A stretch of 64,000 nucleotides of DNA from an uncultured Verrucomicrobiae bacterium (GCA_963707025.1 CAVPOM010000006.1:640001-704000), one strand, 5' to 3'; shown: positions 1-11,450, numbered from the stretch's first letter. The notes: generated by a model not told the origin, from the letters alone. A program made the numbers and translations.

Positions 1-1
1 T

Positions 2-358
2 TGGCTCGCGGCGGAACACCTGGCCGCTCAACAGCGTGGCGACGTGCCGGCCCCCGATCACCACCGGCACCGCCACATCGGTCAGGCCGCAAAAACAATT
101 GATCTGTTGCGCCGTTAATTTCTTCCCGGCCAGGCGCTGGACTCGAATCTGCGTTTCCAGGCACGCATCGCATCCCGAAGGCGTGCCCGCCGCCAACCGG
201 CAAAAAGCGTTCTCATCCTTTCCCAGATTCAGCCGGTGCCTGGGTTCGCCCGGCGGCACCACCTTGAGCGACGCCCCGGTGGCTTTGCGGAACGCTGCCT
301 CGTAAAACTCAATCACGGGCAGGCGCGCCAGGTTTTCAAATTCCACTTGCTTCACCAT
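2..358 (-). CDS. PocR-domain (probably AraC-family) transcriptional regulator, 5' part; runs off the left edge
   Basis: Hand translation from ATG at 358: MVKQVEFENLARLPVIEFYEAAFRKATG...ENAFC...CDACLETQ...CFCGLTDVAVPVVIGGRHVATLLSGQVF. Clear paralog of the PocR domain at 29966-30892. Absent from the ORF track because it has no stop in the window. Confidence 0.85.
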   Translation of the reverse strand, partial: MVKQVEFENLARLPVIEFYEAAFRKATGASLKVVPPGEPRHRLNLGKDENAFCRLAAGTPSGCDACLETQIRVQRLAGKKLTAQQINCFCGLTDVAVPVVIGGRHVATLLSGQVFRREP

Positions 359-824
359 TTCACAGTAGCATGCGCCGACATGGCAACAAGCCTGAACGTC
401 GGGCCGGTCTCATCTTCTCTTAAGCAGAACCCCCGCGGGAAAAAGCAAGATCGCCCCCTCCCCGCTTGTCATGGCCCGGCTCAGGGCACCGCCGTGCTCA
501 ACCAGCGCCAACCTGGCGCCGGAGGCGATGGTTGAACCGCGTTCGCCTGGGAAGGACGGAATCCGTTGAACATTTCGGTCATTGAAGGGGGCTGGCTCGC
601 TGTGTAGTCTGCCGGTGCAACCGTTTGCGCCTGCCCGGTGGAACGGCCGGCGCGGCCAATCTTTTTATCAGTCAAATCTCAATCCATTGAACGCCAACGG
701 ATTTGATGCCGTGATCAACCCGGTGGTCATCGAGCCCGTGGTCCAATTCACGCTCTACCTCCAGATGCGCTACGACATTGACCTGAAGAAGAGCAAGCCG
801 GCCGGACGTTTGGTTCCTTGAAGG

Positions 825-1934
825 CTAAGGTTGCACGCCGTAGTCCTTCACCACCTTGTCGTACTGCGCCATTTTTTCGGGGATGACCGCGCCGCTGTTA
901 TCAAAGAGTTGTTGCCGGTTGCCCGATTGCGTGGGTTCCCAAACGAACGTGCCCAAGCCCCGGTGCCCGGGCAGGTTGTGCATGATTTCATTGGATTCCG
1001 CGATTTCGAAGGTGACCTCGGCAACGAGGAAGGAGAGTTTGGGATAGCGCGCGGCCAGGTCGTCAAAGTTGGCTTTCCACTTGTTCGGCGGGCCTTGCCA
1101 GCGGCTGTAACAGGATTCGCCCAGGATGTCGAAGGAAACGCCGTGCGCCAGCGCGGCATCCACCCAGCGGCGCGAAGCGGCATTGTCGCCGCCCTTGTCA
1201 ATGTGCAGCACGACGAGAATTCTGGGGTCCACCTCCTTGACGCCGGCAATGCCGGCCTTGAGCAGTGAAGAGAGGATGTCCCAATTGCGCGCGCTGCCTT
1301 CCGGCTGGGTGGAGACGGTTTGCGGGCCGCCGCCGCGCCGTCCGGGCAGTGCGTTGAGGAGCATGCCGGGGGTGATTTCATTGCCGATTTGCACCATGTC
1401 CGGTTCGCCTCCGGCGTTCTTGAGTTGGGTGATGACCGCCTTGGTGTAGTCCTGCACGGTTTGGATCAGTTGATCCAGCGGCAGGTCGCGCCAGGCCAGG
1501 GGCTTGGTTTGTTTGCCCGGATCGGCCCAGGTGTCGCTGTAGTGGAAATCGAGCAGCAGGCCCAGGCCGGCCTCCTTCACCCGCCTGGCCATGAGCGTGG
1601 TTTGAGCCAGACCGCAGTAACCCTGCCGGCTGTAGCCGCCCTGATTGGTGGGTTCGACGAATATCCGGAGGCGGATGTAATTAAAGCCGTGGTCCTTCAG
1701 GATTTGCAAAATGTCCTTCGGCACTCCCCGGTCGCTGAACTTCAGGCCGCGCGCCTCGGCGGCCGGGACTGACGAAATGTCCGCGCCGACGATGAAGCCG
1801 GGCAGGTAGGGCACCTTCTGGCGGGCGTCGCCGCTCCCCGCCGGATTGGCGCTCCCGCAACCCGCCAAACCGGTCGCGATGGCCAGGACCAGCAGAGCGA
1901 GCGCGAGCCGCCCGGGGGGATGCGCTTTTTTCAT
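825..1934 (-). CDS. GH53 arabinogalactan endo-beta-1,4-galactanase, lipoprotein
   Basis: GADIS, NYIRLRIFV, LLDFHYSDTWADPGKQ and MVQIGNEI motifs. Start MKKAHPP at 1934 with lipobox LAGC. The longer ORF call to 3092 is an antisense extension. Confidence 0.92.
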   Translation of the reverse strand: MKKAHPPGRLALALLVLAIATGLAGCGSANPAGSGDARQKVPYLPGFIVGADISSVPAAEARGLKFSDRGVPKDILQILKDHGFNYIRLRIFVEPTNQGGYSRQGYCGLAQTTLMARRVKEAGLGLLLDFHYSDTWADPGKQTKPLAWRDLPLDQLIQTVQDYTKAVITQLKNAGGEPDMVQIGNEITPGMLLNALPGRRGGGPQTVSTQPEGSARNWDILSSLLKAGIAGVKEVDPRILVVLHIDKGGDNAASRRWVDAALAHGVSFDILGESCYSRWQGPPNKWKANFDDLAARYPKLSFLVAEVTFEIAESNEIMHNLPGHRGLGTFVWEPTQSGNRQQLFDNSGAVIPEKMAQYDKVVKDYGVQP

Positions 1935-2054
1935 GATGCGGAGACTTGCATCGCCTGGAGAACAGCGCAATTCAATTTTGACGAACCTCCTCCGCCATGC
2001 AGGAAGAAAAAAGTATGTCCGATCAGGCCGGACCCGTTTATCATTGATTGAATC

Positions 2055-3556
2055 ATGAAGAATGCCATCCGCATTGCTGCCGCCATGCTGCCGGCGTGGT
2101 CCATCCTGGCGGCCTCCTCCGGCGCCGTGGCGCCCAAGCCCAACATCGTGCTCATCATCGCCGACGACCTCGGTTTTGGCGACACGGGCTGCTACGGCGC
2201 GACTAAAATTCCGACGCCGAACATTGACCGGCTCGGCCGGCAGGGACTTCGCTTCACCGATGCCCACGCCACTTCCGCCACCTGCACTCCCTCGCGCTTT
2301 GCCATGCTGACCGGCCAGTATCCGTGGCGCAAGCGGGGCACCGGAATTCTGCCGGGCAACGCCGCCCTCATCATAGATCCGCAGCGCGCCACGCTGCCGT
2401 CCATCCTGAAAATGGCGGGTTACTCCACCGGCGTGGTGGGCAAGTGGCACCTCGGCCTGGGCGGGCCGGGCGGACCGGATTGGAATGGCGAGATCAAGCC
2501 CGGCCCCCTTGAAATTGGTTTTGATTATGCCTTCCTGCAACCGGCCACCGGCGACCGCGTGCCGTGCGTTTATGTCGAGAACCACCGGGTCTTTGGCCTG
2601 GATCCAAAGGATCCCATTCAGGTCAGCTACGGCCAGCCGATTGGCGACGAGCCGACCGGCAAAAACCACCCGGAGTTGCTCAAGATGGGTTTGAGCCAGG
2701 GCCACGACGGAACTATTATTGACGGCATCAGCCGCATCGGCTTCATGACCGGCGGCCACGCCGCCCGTTGGAAGGACGGGGACAAGGCCGACGTTCTGAC
2801 GGGCAAGGCCGTGGACTTCATCGAGCGGAGCGCGAATCGTCCGTTTTTTCTCTACTTCGCCACGCACGATCCGCATGTGCCGCGCGTGCCCAACGCGCGT
2901 TTTGCCGGCAAGAGCGGCTGCGGCGTGCGCGGGGATGTCATCGTGGAATTCGACTGGTGCGTCGGGAAAATTCTGTCCACGCTCGACCAAATGAACCTGG
3001 CCTCGAACACCCTGGTGATTTTGAGCAGCGACAACGGCCCGGTGATTGACGACGGTTACGACGACCGCGCCGAGGAGGATTTGCACGGCCACAGGCCGGC
3101 CCGTTGCGCGGCGGCAAATACTTTGTCTATGAAGGCGGCACGCGCGTGCCCTTCATTGTCCGCTGGCCGGGGCGGGTGACGCCCGGCGTTTCCGACGCCC
3201 TGGTGAGCCTGGTGGATTTTTCGGCTTCGTTCGCCGCCCTGACCGGCCAGACCATTGCTGCTGGCGATGCGCCCGACAGCGTCAATGTTCTGCCCGCGCT
3301 GCTGGGCGAAAGCAAAAACGGCCGCGACAAACTGGTGGAGCATGACGGCTCCTCCATCTTCGGCTTCCGCGACGGCCTGTGGAAATGGATTCAACCCGAT
3401 CTGCGCCCCCGCCCGTTCTATTCGCTTTTGGGAGAACTCTACGACCTTGGCCGCGACCTCGGCGAAACGAACAATCTCGGTTCCGCGCTGCCCGCCACCA
3501 GCCAAAAGTTGTCCGGCGAACTGGAGGAGGCGCGCCAGGCCTGCCGCCGGCAATAA
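2055..3556 (+). pseudogene. Arylsulfatase (formylglycine-dependent), frameshifted near 3094-3101
   Basis: PNIVLIIADDLG, CTPSR, GKWHLG and SSDNG in ORF 2055-3179. The C-terminal half (LRGGKY...EGGTRVPFIVRWPG, ELYDL) continues in another frame, 3104-3556. Could be a sequencing error. Confidence 0.88.
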
Positions 3557-3584
3557 CCGGCGGTGGCCATCCTCGCCCGGCTGC

Positions 3585-4808
3585 CTACCGGAACAACTGG
3601 GGCGCGAATTCGCCGAGGTAGTTGCGCCAGTTGATCCAAGTGTGCGCGCCGGGGGACTCGACGAAGACCGGATTAAAGCCGTGCTTTTTGAGGACTTCCA
3701 CGGTGGCGCGGGAACTGGTGATCAGGCCGTCGTCCTTGCCGGTGCTCATCCATATAAGTTTAATGCCCTTCTTGAGCTTGGGGTTGTCCAACACGTCCTT
3801 GTGACGTTCTTCCCAGCCGCTCGTGCCGCCCGCATTCATCAGGCTCGCTCCTGAACTGAACACGGCGATGTAAGCAAATTTGTCCAAGGTGGCGAAGGCG
3901 GCGTTCAAGGTCTGGCTGCCGCCCATGGACAGGCCGGCGATGGCACGGCGCGCTCTATCGGTGTAAACGCGATAGTGGCTTTCCGCATAGGGCATGATAT
4001 CGCCGAGAAAATCTTCCTGGAATTCGTCGCGAGGCGGGCCGCCCGCCGCGGCGCCGCCGCCGCGCCGGCCCATGGCGGAGGTGTGCCCGGCCGGCATCAC
4101 CACGACCATGGGCTTGGCTTTATGGTCGGCAATCAGGTTGTCCAGGATGAATCCCGCCCGGCCGACGGTGGACCAGGCGTCATCGCTGTCGCCGGCGCCG
4201 TGGAGGAGATAGAAAATGGGATAGCGGCCCGATCCCTTTTCATAACCGGGCGGCGTATAAACATGCATGCGGCGGAAGCGGTTGAGCGCCTTGGAAAAAT
4301 AGGTCACCGTTTCGACCGCGCCGTGCGGCACGTTGCGCGTGTCCATCAGGTCCGAGCCGGGAACATTGACCAGGCTCCAGATGGCCTCGTTGGACTCGCT
4401 GGTGGTCGCCGTCTCGGCGGTTGCCGGATTGCGCGGCGCAACCACGGAAAGGCCGTCCACATTGAAATTATAGCGGTACTCTCCCGGCTGGACCGGGCCG
4501 ACGGTCCCCTCCCAAAGGTTATTGGTGTTTTTGGCGAGGATCAGACTGCTGCCGCCGACGGGAATGTCACCGGCGTTGACGCGGACAGATTGCGCGTTTG
4601 CAGCCAGAATACGGAAGGTGATGTGGCCATCGGCGGAGACTTCCACCGGGGCGGGGCGCGGCGGTCCGCCGCGGCCGCGGCCGCCGCGGGCAGGCGGCGG
4701 CGCGTTCGTCCCGGGCGCGGCCGCCTGGGCGAGGCAATCGGGCATGAGTGTGAAAGTTGCCAGCGCCGTGGCGGCAAGAACAGCAAGACAGGACGGATAT
4801 GTTTTCAT
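3585..4808 (-). CDS. Secreted esterase (E-set/CBM48-like domain plus CE1/enterochelin-esterase-like alpha/beta hydrolase)
   Basis: Signal peptide MKTYPSCLAVLAA. Motifs VYTPPGY, YLLHGAGD, nucleophile GLSMGG and GAHTW. Confidence 0.88.
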   Translation of the reverse strand: MKTYPSCLAVLAATALATFTLMPDCLAQAAAPGTNAPPPARGGRGRGGPPRPAPVEVSADGHITFRILAANAQSVRVNAGDIPVGGSSLILAKNTNNLWEGTVGPVQPGEYRYNFNVDGLSVVAPRNPATAETATTSESNEAIWSLVNVPGSDLMDTRNVPHGAVETVTYFSKALNRFRRMHVYTPPGYEKGSGRYPIFYLLHGAGDSDDAWSTVGRAGFILDNLIADHKAKPMVVVMPAGHTSAMGRRGGGAAAGGPPRDEFQEDFLGDIMPYAESHYRVYTDRARRAIAGLSMGGSQTLNAAFATLDKFAYIAVFSSGASLMNAGGTSGWEERHKDVLDNPKLKKGIKLIWMSTGKDDGLITSSRATVEVLKKHGFNPVFVESPGAHTWINWRNYLGEFAPQLFR

Positions 4809-5009
4809 TTTATTTTTGCCCGCGGAAACGTGAACCCGGAGGCTGGCTGTGTCCATGGAAACAACTCTTGCATGTCCGGGCATCATGGTTCTGGCGCTTT
4901 GAGTATCCGATCCGCGTCCGCCGTGCAAGACAAGAATTGTCATTTGAGGATGGAAGTTGATCTGTCGCGGGAGAAGGGCCAGAATCCGGCCATTATGGCA
5001 CTCGAAAAA

Positions 5010-5291
5010 CCGGCGGCAAATTCCGTCCAGGCATAACTCTACAGCGGCTGCCTCCAGATGGAGCGGGGCGACAACCGGATGTATCGCTGGTACATTGCCA
5101 ACCCGGCGCGCTTCCAACAGTCGCTCGAAGTCCAAATCCAGAACCAGCACCAAAACGGCACACCAACCACCAGCGACGCCGATGACTACACCAGTGTCGC
5201 CTTCTGGTACCAGGAAAATCCGCATCCAGCCTTCAGGTTGCAATCCTTCTTGGAGCGCACGGCGCCCAGCCGCGCACGCGGGACGAAGTAA
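5010..5291 (+). pseudogene. C-terminal remnant of a DUF2961 (GH172-like) protein
   Basis: MYRWYIANPARFQQSLEVQIQ...DDYTSVAFWYQ matches the DUF2961 C-terminus. In-frame TAA at 5034-5036 and no N-terminal part. Confidence 0.7.
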
Positions 5292-5362
5292 AGGAAGCCC
5301 CTTGCGATTGCAAGTGATCCGCCGATTTTGGCTTTTGTTTTCCTCTCTATTGCTCTTCCAAG

Positions 5363-6976
5363 CTAAAGGCTTCCCTCGAAAAAGAGCGCGGCCCCGGAGG
5401 CGGGTTCCAGTTCGATTTTCACCTGGCCGTTCGCACTGATGAGGGACTCTTCGCGGAGCGGCTTCCAGGTCGTTCCGGGCGTGATTTGCGCTCCGGCAAG
5501 CGTCACATCCGAAATGGCGGTCAGTCCGGGTGCGAGCAACCGCCACAGCTTTGCGTTGTGTGCGGAGGGGATGGAAATCGGCAGCTTTTGCCGGGCATGC
5601 TTATTGAGCAGGACGAGCCGGGTGGACTCCTCCGGCGACTCCGCCGCCCAAGCGGCGGCGTTGGCCGGGGCATGATCGAAGCGCACTGGGCGCATTCGGG
5701 CTCCAGCAAGAATTCCAGCCAATCGCATGCCATAGAAGACCGGTCGGGCGGTAAAGCCATGCTCACGACTGCCGGCGATCGGGGTGTAAAAGGTGCCGTC
5801 GGTGGCCACGGCAGCGGCGTCTGGGGCGACTTGCTCGCCGGGCAGATGTCCGCCGAGGGCGCTGCGAATGGCATTGGTACTCCCACCATGGAGGTTTACT
5901 CCGCTACAGCCAAAACTGGCCATTTTAAGGAGGTAATCTGCAGCCCAGAGCGCCGAGCAAAAGGCGTTGCTCACCCCCGGCTTGCCGCCCCGGTAGCACG
6001 AATTTCCCTCGGTCATTCGGTAGGCAAGGTGGCTGGCATTGGCCACACTGACCATGCGCGGCACGTCCCGGTCCAAATTGCGATCAGTGCCGAGCAGCCG
6101 CTCGACGGTGGAGCGCGGATCATCCGGGGGACCCATGACGAAATAATGGCCGCTACAGGTCACGACCTTGCCGGGTAACATTGGCGGAGCTTCCTGCGCG
6201 AAGCGCGATACCCACTGCGCGTTTGAACCGATGTCCGGCCCGCCGAAAACCGCTTCCGGAACGCGGGCGATCACGGCTCGCGCGAATGTCGTCCATTGGG
6301 CGAGGTATTTGTCAAAGTTCCAGTCCTGGGGACGCAACCGGTTGTTGGCGTCGCGGTAATACTCAGGTTCGTTGCCGATCTGAAAATAAAGCAGCCGCGA
6401 GCCCAATCGCTTGGCAACATAAGCCGCCTCCTCCGCGTTGCTTTCGGGCGTGCTGGTTCCGAGGTTCAAACCGTAAATCGCCTTCCAATCCGTCGCCTCA
6501 AGAAAACCCGCCAGACGATCAACCGCGACCGGTTCGATCGCCGAGAAAGAGTGCGGCATCCAATTGTCCGGGCGGGCAGCGGACTCGGGCAAATCCGGCG
6601 GCTTGTCGGCGGCCCCCGTCTTCCACCAGCAAAACTCACTGGAATTGCCGCCGATGCGCAAAACGCCGTCCGAAGTAAGCGACGCAAAAAGGGATACCAG
6701 CTCCCGATTGTCTGCGGCAAAAAAGGCCGGATCTGCCAGTTGCGCCGATTCATAGCTCAAACCAAGGTAATCGCGCGGCACAGCCTTGGCCGCTGCTTCT
6801 CCGAAGGAGAGACTCACTTCCATGTCACTCTCCTGCGCCCAAGCGGGAAGTTTTGCCAGCGCGCCGGATGCCAACGCGGCCGCGGTAACGAATCGCCGCC
6901 GGTTAATAAGCCGCACCGGGTGAGCATGCTTGCCGCCAAACTTCTCATGGTTCCAAACCACGGGCTTGTTCGTCAT
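5363..6976 (-). CDS. GH79-like beta-glucuronidase/heparanase family, Tat-exported
   Basis: Tat motif NRRRFV. Motifs LRIGGN, IGNEP (acid/base) and MTEGNSCYRGGKPGVSNAFCSALWAADY (nucleophile region). Start uncertain. Confidence 0.85.
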   Translation of the reverse strand: MTNKPVVWNHEKFGGKHAHPVRLINRRRFVTAAALASGALAKLPAWAQESDMEVSLSFGEAAAKAVPRDYLGLSYESAQLADPAFFAADNRELVSLFASLTSDGVLRIGGNSSEFCWWKTGAADKPPDLPESAARPDNWMPHSFSAIEPVAVDRLAGFLEATDWKAIYGLNLGTSTPESNAEEAAYVAKRLGSRLLYFQIGNEPEYYRDANNRLRPQDWNFDKYLAQWTTFARAVIARVPEAVFGGPDIGSNAQWVSRFAQEAPPMLPGKVVTCSGHYFVMGPPDDPRSTVERLLGTDRNLDRDVPRMVSVANASHLAYRMTEGNSCYRGGKPGVSNAFCSALWAADYLLKMASFGCSGVNLHGGSTNAIRSALGGHLPGEQVAPDAAAVATDGTFYTPIAGSREHGFTARPVFYGMRLAGILAGARMRPVRFDHAPANAAAWAAESPEESTRLVLLNKHARQKLPISIPSAHNAKLWRLLAPGLTAISDVTLAGAQITPGTTWKPLREESLISANGQVKIELEPASGAALFFEGSL

Positions 6977-7080
6977 GGTTGTGAGAGTAGCTAGCCTCGA
7001 TTCAAGCGTCAATTGGCAAGCCGCGCATTGACGCTTATGGCGGCGGGGCGGCTCTCATCACAGCCAAGGAAATCAAAACC

Positions 7081-7650
7081 ATGAACAGCCCAGAAGAACA
7101 AGCGGCCCAAGCCATTGCCCTGATCAACATAGTCCTGCATCGAGAGCCATTCGGTCTGTCCGCTCAACTCATTGCCACCCGGGATGAGATTGAGGTCGAA
7201 CCTGCAACCAAATCCCCCTGCGAAGCTTGCGATGGCGTGGGGTGGCGGCAATTCAATGTCGGCAACGATCAATCGCCCAAATATGAAATCCAGCGCTGCG
7301 ATGCCTGTGAACGATACCACAACGACCAGGCCGCCCAGGAAGCCGCTGCGAGGGAGGCTGAATCCTCCACAACCACTCAAAGAAAGGAAACACCAACGAT
7401 GCAAATGGCGCGAGCCATTGATGAGACCATCCACGGCAACCCCGGAGAGCGACGTATCCTGCCCGCCAACACCCTGGTCGTCATTGTTCCGGCCACCAAT
7501 CTCCCGCCCGACAGCCCGGTCAAGTATTGGGCCAGTCCTGTCCGGGGTCATCCCTGGCCAGCCGGGACAGAGGCATGGGCGCGGGGGCGGGCGCGGTTGG
7601 CCACGTCAACGCAGGAGGCGGCAGGGGGTCTCAGGAGAATCGCCGCGTGA
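7081..7650 (+). CDS. Hypothetical protein with CxxC...CxxC zinc-ribbon-like motif; possibly two fused small genes
   Basis: AAGGA upstream of the ATG; CEAC...CDAC. Internal AGAAAGGA followed by an in-frame ATG at 7399. Confidence 0.5.
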   Translation: MNSPEEQAAQAIALINIVLHREPFGLSAQLIATRDEIEVEPATKSPCEACDGVGWRQFNVGNDQSPKYEIQRCDACERYHNDQAAQEAAAREAESSTTTQRKETPTMQMARAIDETIHGNPGERRILPANTLVVIVPATNLPPDSPVKYWASPVRGHPWPAGTEAWARGRARLATSTQEAAGGLRRIAA

Positions 7651-7849
7651 TGATGCGGGAAAGGAGTTCGCCTCGGGCGGCTCTTTTCTTTAGCTATCGG
7701 ATGCTGCTGAGGCAAGGATTCGATTCCATTCACCCGCTCCATTATTCTGGCTGAACGACTTGCGTTAATGGCGGTCTTGGACCCAACTTCGCCTTCAAAC
7801 TTTTGCGGCACTCATTGATTCCAGAAAGAGAACTCATTAACATCGCCGC

Positions 7850-8437
<588 letters not shown>

Positions 8438-8637
8438 CGCGGAGGCATCGCGTCGCGATTCGGGTGACGCCGGCAAATCCGATTCGCCACCCATCCTCAA
8501 CGCGTATGCGGCAGCGCTTTAAGCCAGGCGAACCGGCCGGTGGAGATAACGCAGGCTGGCGCGCTGTTCTGACATCTTATTGCGCTGCAGGGCTCCTGCC
8601 GACGGATCGATTCAAATAATTTCCGCCTCCCGAACAT

Positions 8638-10782
8638 CTACTTTCGCAAGTAGTCCTTCATTGTTTCCAGCGCCAGATCGCGTTGCGCTTCGGGAGGAAA
8701 TGGATTGTATCGGGGTGGTGGAGTGCCGCCATAAGCGGAAAGCAACACGGCCAGCCAGTCGCACGAGCGCAGTTGCGCTTTCGTCCCGTTGGCAGGCTGT
8801 TTCCCCTCTGGCAGTTCATAGTTCATGCTGCCCATGCCGTTGCTGATGGTGTACTGCAGGCCGCCTTCCCACAAGACAGAGCCGCAAATCTCTTTGCGAT
8901 CCAGCTCGCGCGCCAGGTAGCGACGAATCGCCGGCACTCGGGCAAACTCACCCGACGCGAGATTATCCTTCCAATGGGACCACGACAAACCGCTCCACTT
9001 GGAGTTGAGGTTGTCAAACATTTTCTCTGCCATGGACCGTAGCACCGAGTTGGTCGGATATTCTTTCAACGGTTGCAACGGCTCCCAAAATCCCAATTGC
9101 TCCGGCGCGAGAGTGGGCAACCACCCGGCGTAATCGTCAAACGCGCCGGGGTCGCCCGCCCAAGCCCGCGCGATCGCCAGCTTTGTGAGAAAGCTTCCGA
9201 GGTTCTGGCGGGGATCTGCCATGGCGGAGCGACAGCGCTGCGAGAGCGTCTTTACCGCGGCTCCGGCGGACGGCGCGTCCCAAGCCGCCAGGTGCAATCC
9301 CACTTGGCAGGCCGCGGACAGATCGTAAGGATCTGAAGCATCCGTCTGTACTTCCAAGGCGCGTCTTGCCATCAATTCGCTGACGGAAGGATTCGATTTG
9401 CTCCGCAAAATTTCTCCCGGCATTTGGGCCGGCTTGCTTAACGTCGCTGTCCATTTGCTGCCAGGAACTTGCGGAAACGTTATCGGGTGGCTTAACTCGA
9501 TCATATTGCCGGCGGCTTCCAGCCAGCGACCGCGGGCGGTGTTGTCGTTGAGAATCGCATACCAACGATCCGCCAGTTTCACGTTCCGGTAAGTCTTCCA
9601 GTAGGCGCGGATTTCAGAGACATTTCCCCCGAAGCCGGCATGTAAAATCGCTTGAATGGCAGTGCCCGCCACCGTGCTTACCGGAACGACGGAATGCCCG
9701 GGGAATACCTCGTGCGAGACGTAATTCGCGACGCGGGTCAGCCGCTTGTCTTTCTCCAGGCAATCCAGCAGCGGATCAATCGCCGCGTCTCCCTCCTGCA
9801 TGAGGGCCGCGACCGTGGCATCAAGAGTCAAGTTGGTTCCACCCGAACTCTCCAACGGGAGCGGTGGAATCAATTCCAAATCCCGAATCAAGGCGGCGAT
9901 GCGTTCCGCTGGGTTCGTGAATTGGTCCAATCCAATCTGCCGGGCGCTCACGAAAGGCCTTTCCTTCTCGCGGCGTTCCAGATCGGCCAGTAACTGCGGT
10001 AGTTGTTCCAGAAAGTCAAAGCAGGGTTTTTGCGCTTGCTCCGGATCAAGGTTCCGCGGACGGGCGATGCCCCGTTTGGCGCATTCTGCCTCCAACTTGG
10101 GCTGCAGCGCAGCCAGTTGGCGCGCAGTGGCCAGCGCGAGTTCTTGATCCCCTCTCACGTGGGCGCAAATCGCGCGGCCAAACAAGCCCCACGCCCACGA
10201 TCCGGCCCATTGTGCGTACGGGTCAAAACCTCCCGGCCTTTGCCCTCGGTCGCGACCGCTCATCTGTTCAAAGGCGTGCAATTCTTCCGAGCCAGCCGCG
10301 ATTTCGCCCGCGCGCAACAAGAGCAACCCGCGGGTGTAAGTGGCATCCTTGAAGATAACAGCTTGTGGTTCCAGTGTGCCCCAGGTCGGCCAGCCGGCCG
10401 TGCCGACATCGTTGGCTTCAGTATGCAAGTCTGCCGGAGCGCCCAGTGTCACCACCGGATAAATCAGCCCGTTCCAGCAAATGGCAAACCGGTTGGTCTC
10501 ATTGGATTTGGCCGGCAAGACCCAGCCGCGAGTTTTTACCGGCCAAACGTTGGTGGCAAAGACCATGCTGCATTCCACTTCAATCTCCCGATACTCGCAT
10601 CCGCGCGGATCGGGAAAGCCCTGCTCGAACATGGTATTCGCGGCGGAATGGATGTTGGCGGCAATCGGAGAATCCGGGTGCCACGCCTGGTGTTGCTGGG
10701 GCGGTTCCGGCAATTGCGATTTTCCCTGGCAGGCCAGAACAGTGAAGAGCCAGGAGAAGACAGCGGCAAGCAACGGCTTCAT
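8638..10782 (-). CDS. Large secreted hypothetical protein (714 aa, largely helical)
   Basis: Long ORF with N-terminal signal peptide and a HEAT-like stretch (ALMQEGDAAIDPLLDCLE). No family recognised. Confidence 0.8.
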   Translation of the reverse strand: MKPLLAAVFSWLFTVLACQGKSQLPEPPQQHQAWHPDSPIAANIHSAANTMFEQGFPDPRGCEYREIEVECSMVFATNVWPVKTRGWVLPAKSNETNRFAICWNGLIYPVVTLGAPADLHTEANDVGTAGWPTWGTLEPQAVIFKDATYTRGLLLLRAGEIAAGSEELHAFEQMSGRDRGQRPGGFDPYAQWAGSWAWGLFGRAICAHVRGDQELALATARQLAALQPKLEAECAKRGIARPRNLDPEQAQKPCFDFLEQLPQLLADLERREKERPFVSARQIGLDQFTNPAERIAALIRDLELIPPLPLESSGGTNLTLDATVAALMQEGDAAIDPLLDCLEKDKRLTRVANYVSHEVFPGHSVVPVSTVAGTAIQAILHAGFGGNVSEIRAYWKTYRNVKLADRWYAILNDNTARGRWLEAAGNMIELSHPITFPQVPGSKWTATLSKPAQMPGEILRSKSNPSVSELMARRALEVQTDASDPYDLSAACQVGLHLAAWDAPSAGAAVKTLSQRCRSAMADPRQNLGSFLTKLAIARAWAGDPGAFDDYAGWLPTLAPEQLGFWEPLQPLKEYPTNSVLRSMAEKMFDNLNSKWSGLSWSHWKDNLASGEFARVPAIRRYLARELDRKEICGSVLWEGGLQYTISNGMGSMNYELPEGKQPANGTKAQLRSCDWLAVLLSAYGGTPPPRYNPFPPEAQRDLALETMKDYLRK

Positions 10783-10794
10783 AGCTGATACCTT

Positions 10795-11064
10795 CTATTG
10801 GGGGGCACGTTGGGACGAGAGCGGCGTTTTCCCCAGCAGGTCATCCACCTCTTTGCCCATTGGAATCTTGATCCCGGGGATCTGGAAGAAAGGCAGAAAA
10901 GGCAGCGCGAGGCCAAAACAAAAAATGCCGCGCCAGAGAATCAACCGCCAGCGGGCATGGTGGCGACGCAACAATCCATGCGCCACCCAGCCCAGCGCGA
11001 CCAGGCCAGTCCATTTGAACAGGATGACTGTAACCGGCGAGGCGAACCAGAAAGGCAGATTCAT
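10795..11064 (-). pseudogene. Truncated BlaR1/M56 peptidase (N-terminal TM segments only)
   Basis: ATGA overlap with blaI. ILFKWTGLVALGWVAHGLLRRHHARWRLILW...LALP is a typical M56 N-terminus. No HExxH before the stop. Confidence 0.7.
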
Positions 11065-11450
11065 TTGGATTTCCTTTTTGCTTTTTGTGATGACAACCCG
11101 TGGGCGGCTTGGCGGATGAGTTTGAGATCGGCCGGTTTGATGTCAGAAGTCTCCAACAATTGCACGACCAATTCCTGAGGCGAGCCGCCCGCAAAGATCC
11201 GCGCCAGCGTCTGCGTCATGGTCTGAAGCATGGTGGCTTTGGGAACGCAGGCCGCATAATAAAACGCCTTCCCCTGCAACTGGCGGGTGATGAGTTTCTT
11301 CCCGACCAGATTGGCCAGGACGGAGCGCAACGTGGCGTTTTCAATCGGCCACACGAATCGGGCTTGAATCTCGGCGGGTTTCGATTCGCCCCTCTCCCAG
11401 AGAATGCGCAGGGTTTCCAGTTCGTTTTGATTCAATGAATTCATCGGCAT
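11061..11450 (-). CDS. blaI: BlaI/MecI/CopY family transcriptional repressor
   Basis: LNQNELETLRILW...TLRSVLANLVGKKLITR...GKAFYY...FAGGSPQELVVQLL. Confidence 0.9.
   Translation of the reverse strand: MPMNSLNQNELETLRILWERGESKPAEIQARFVWPIENATLRSVLANLVGKKLITRQLQGKAFYYAACVPKATMLQTMTQTLARIFAGGSPQELVVQLLETSDIKPADLKLIRQAAHGLSSQKAKRKSK

Noticed and set aside
582..821. Short ORF ending VVQFTLYLQMRYDIDLKKSK
   Set aside because: May be a gene tail, but I recognised no family and there is no credible start.
1935..3092. Apparent 385-aa N-terminal extension of GH53
   Set aside because: Antisense to the sulfatase; the true lipoprotein signal starts at 1934.
4809..5546. N-terminal extension of the esterase ORF
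   Set aside because: Overlaps the GH79 3' end and the DUF2961 remnant; the signal peptide begins at 4808.
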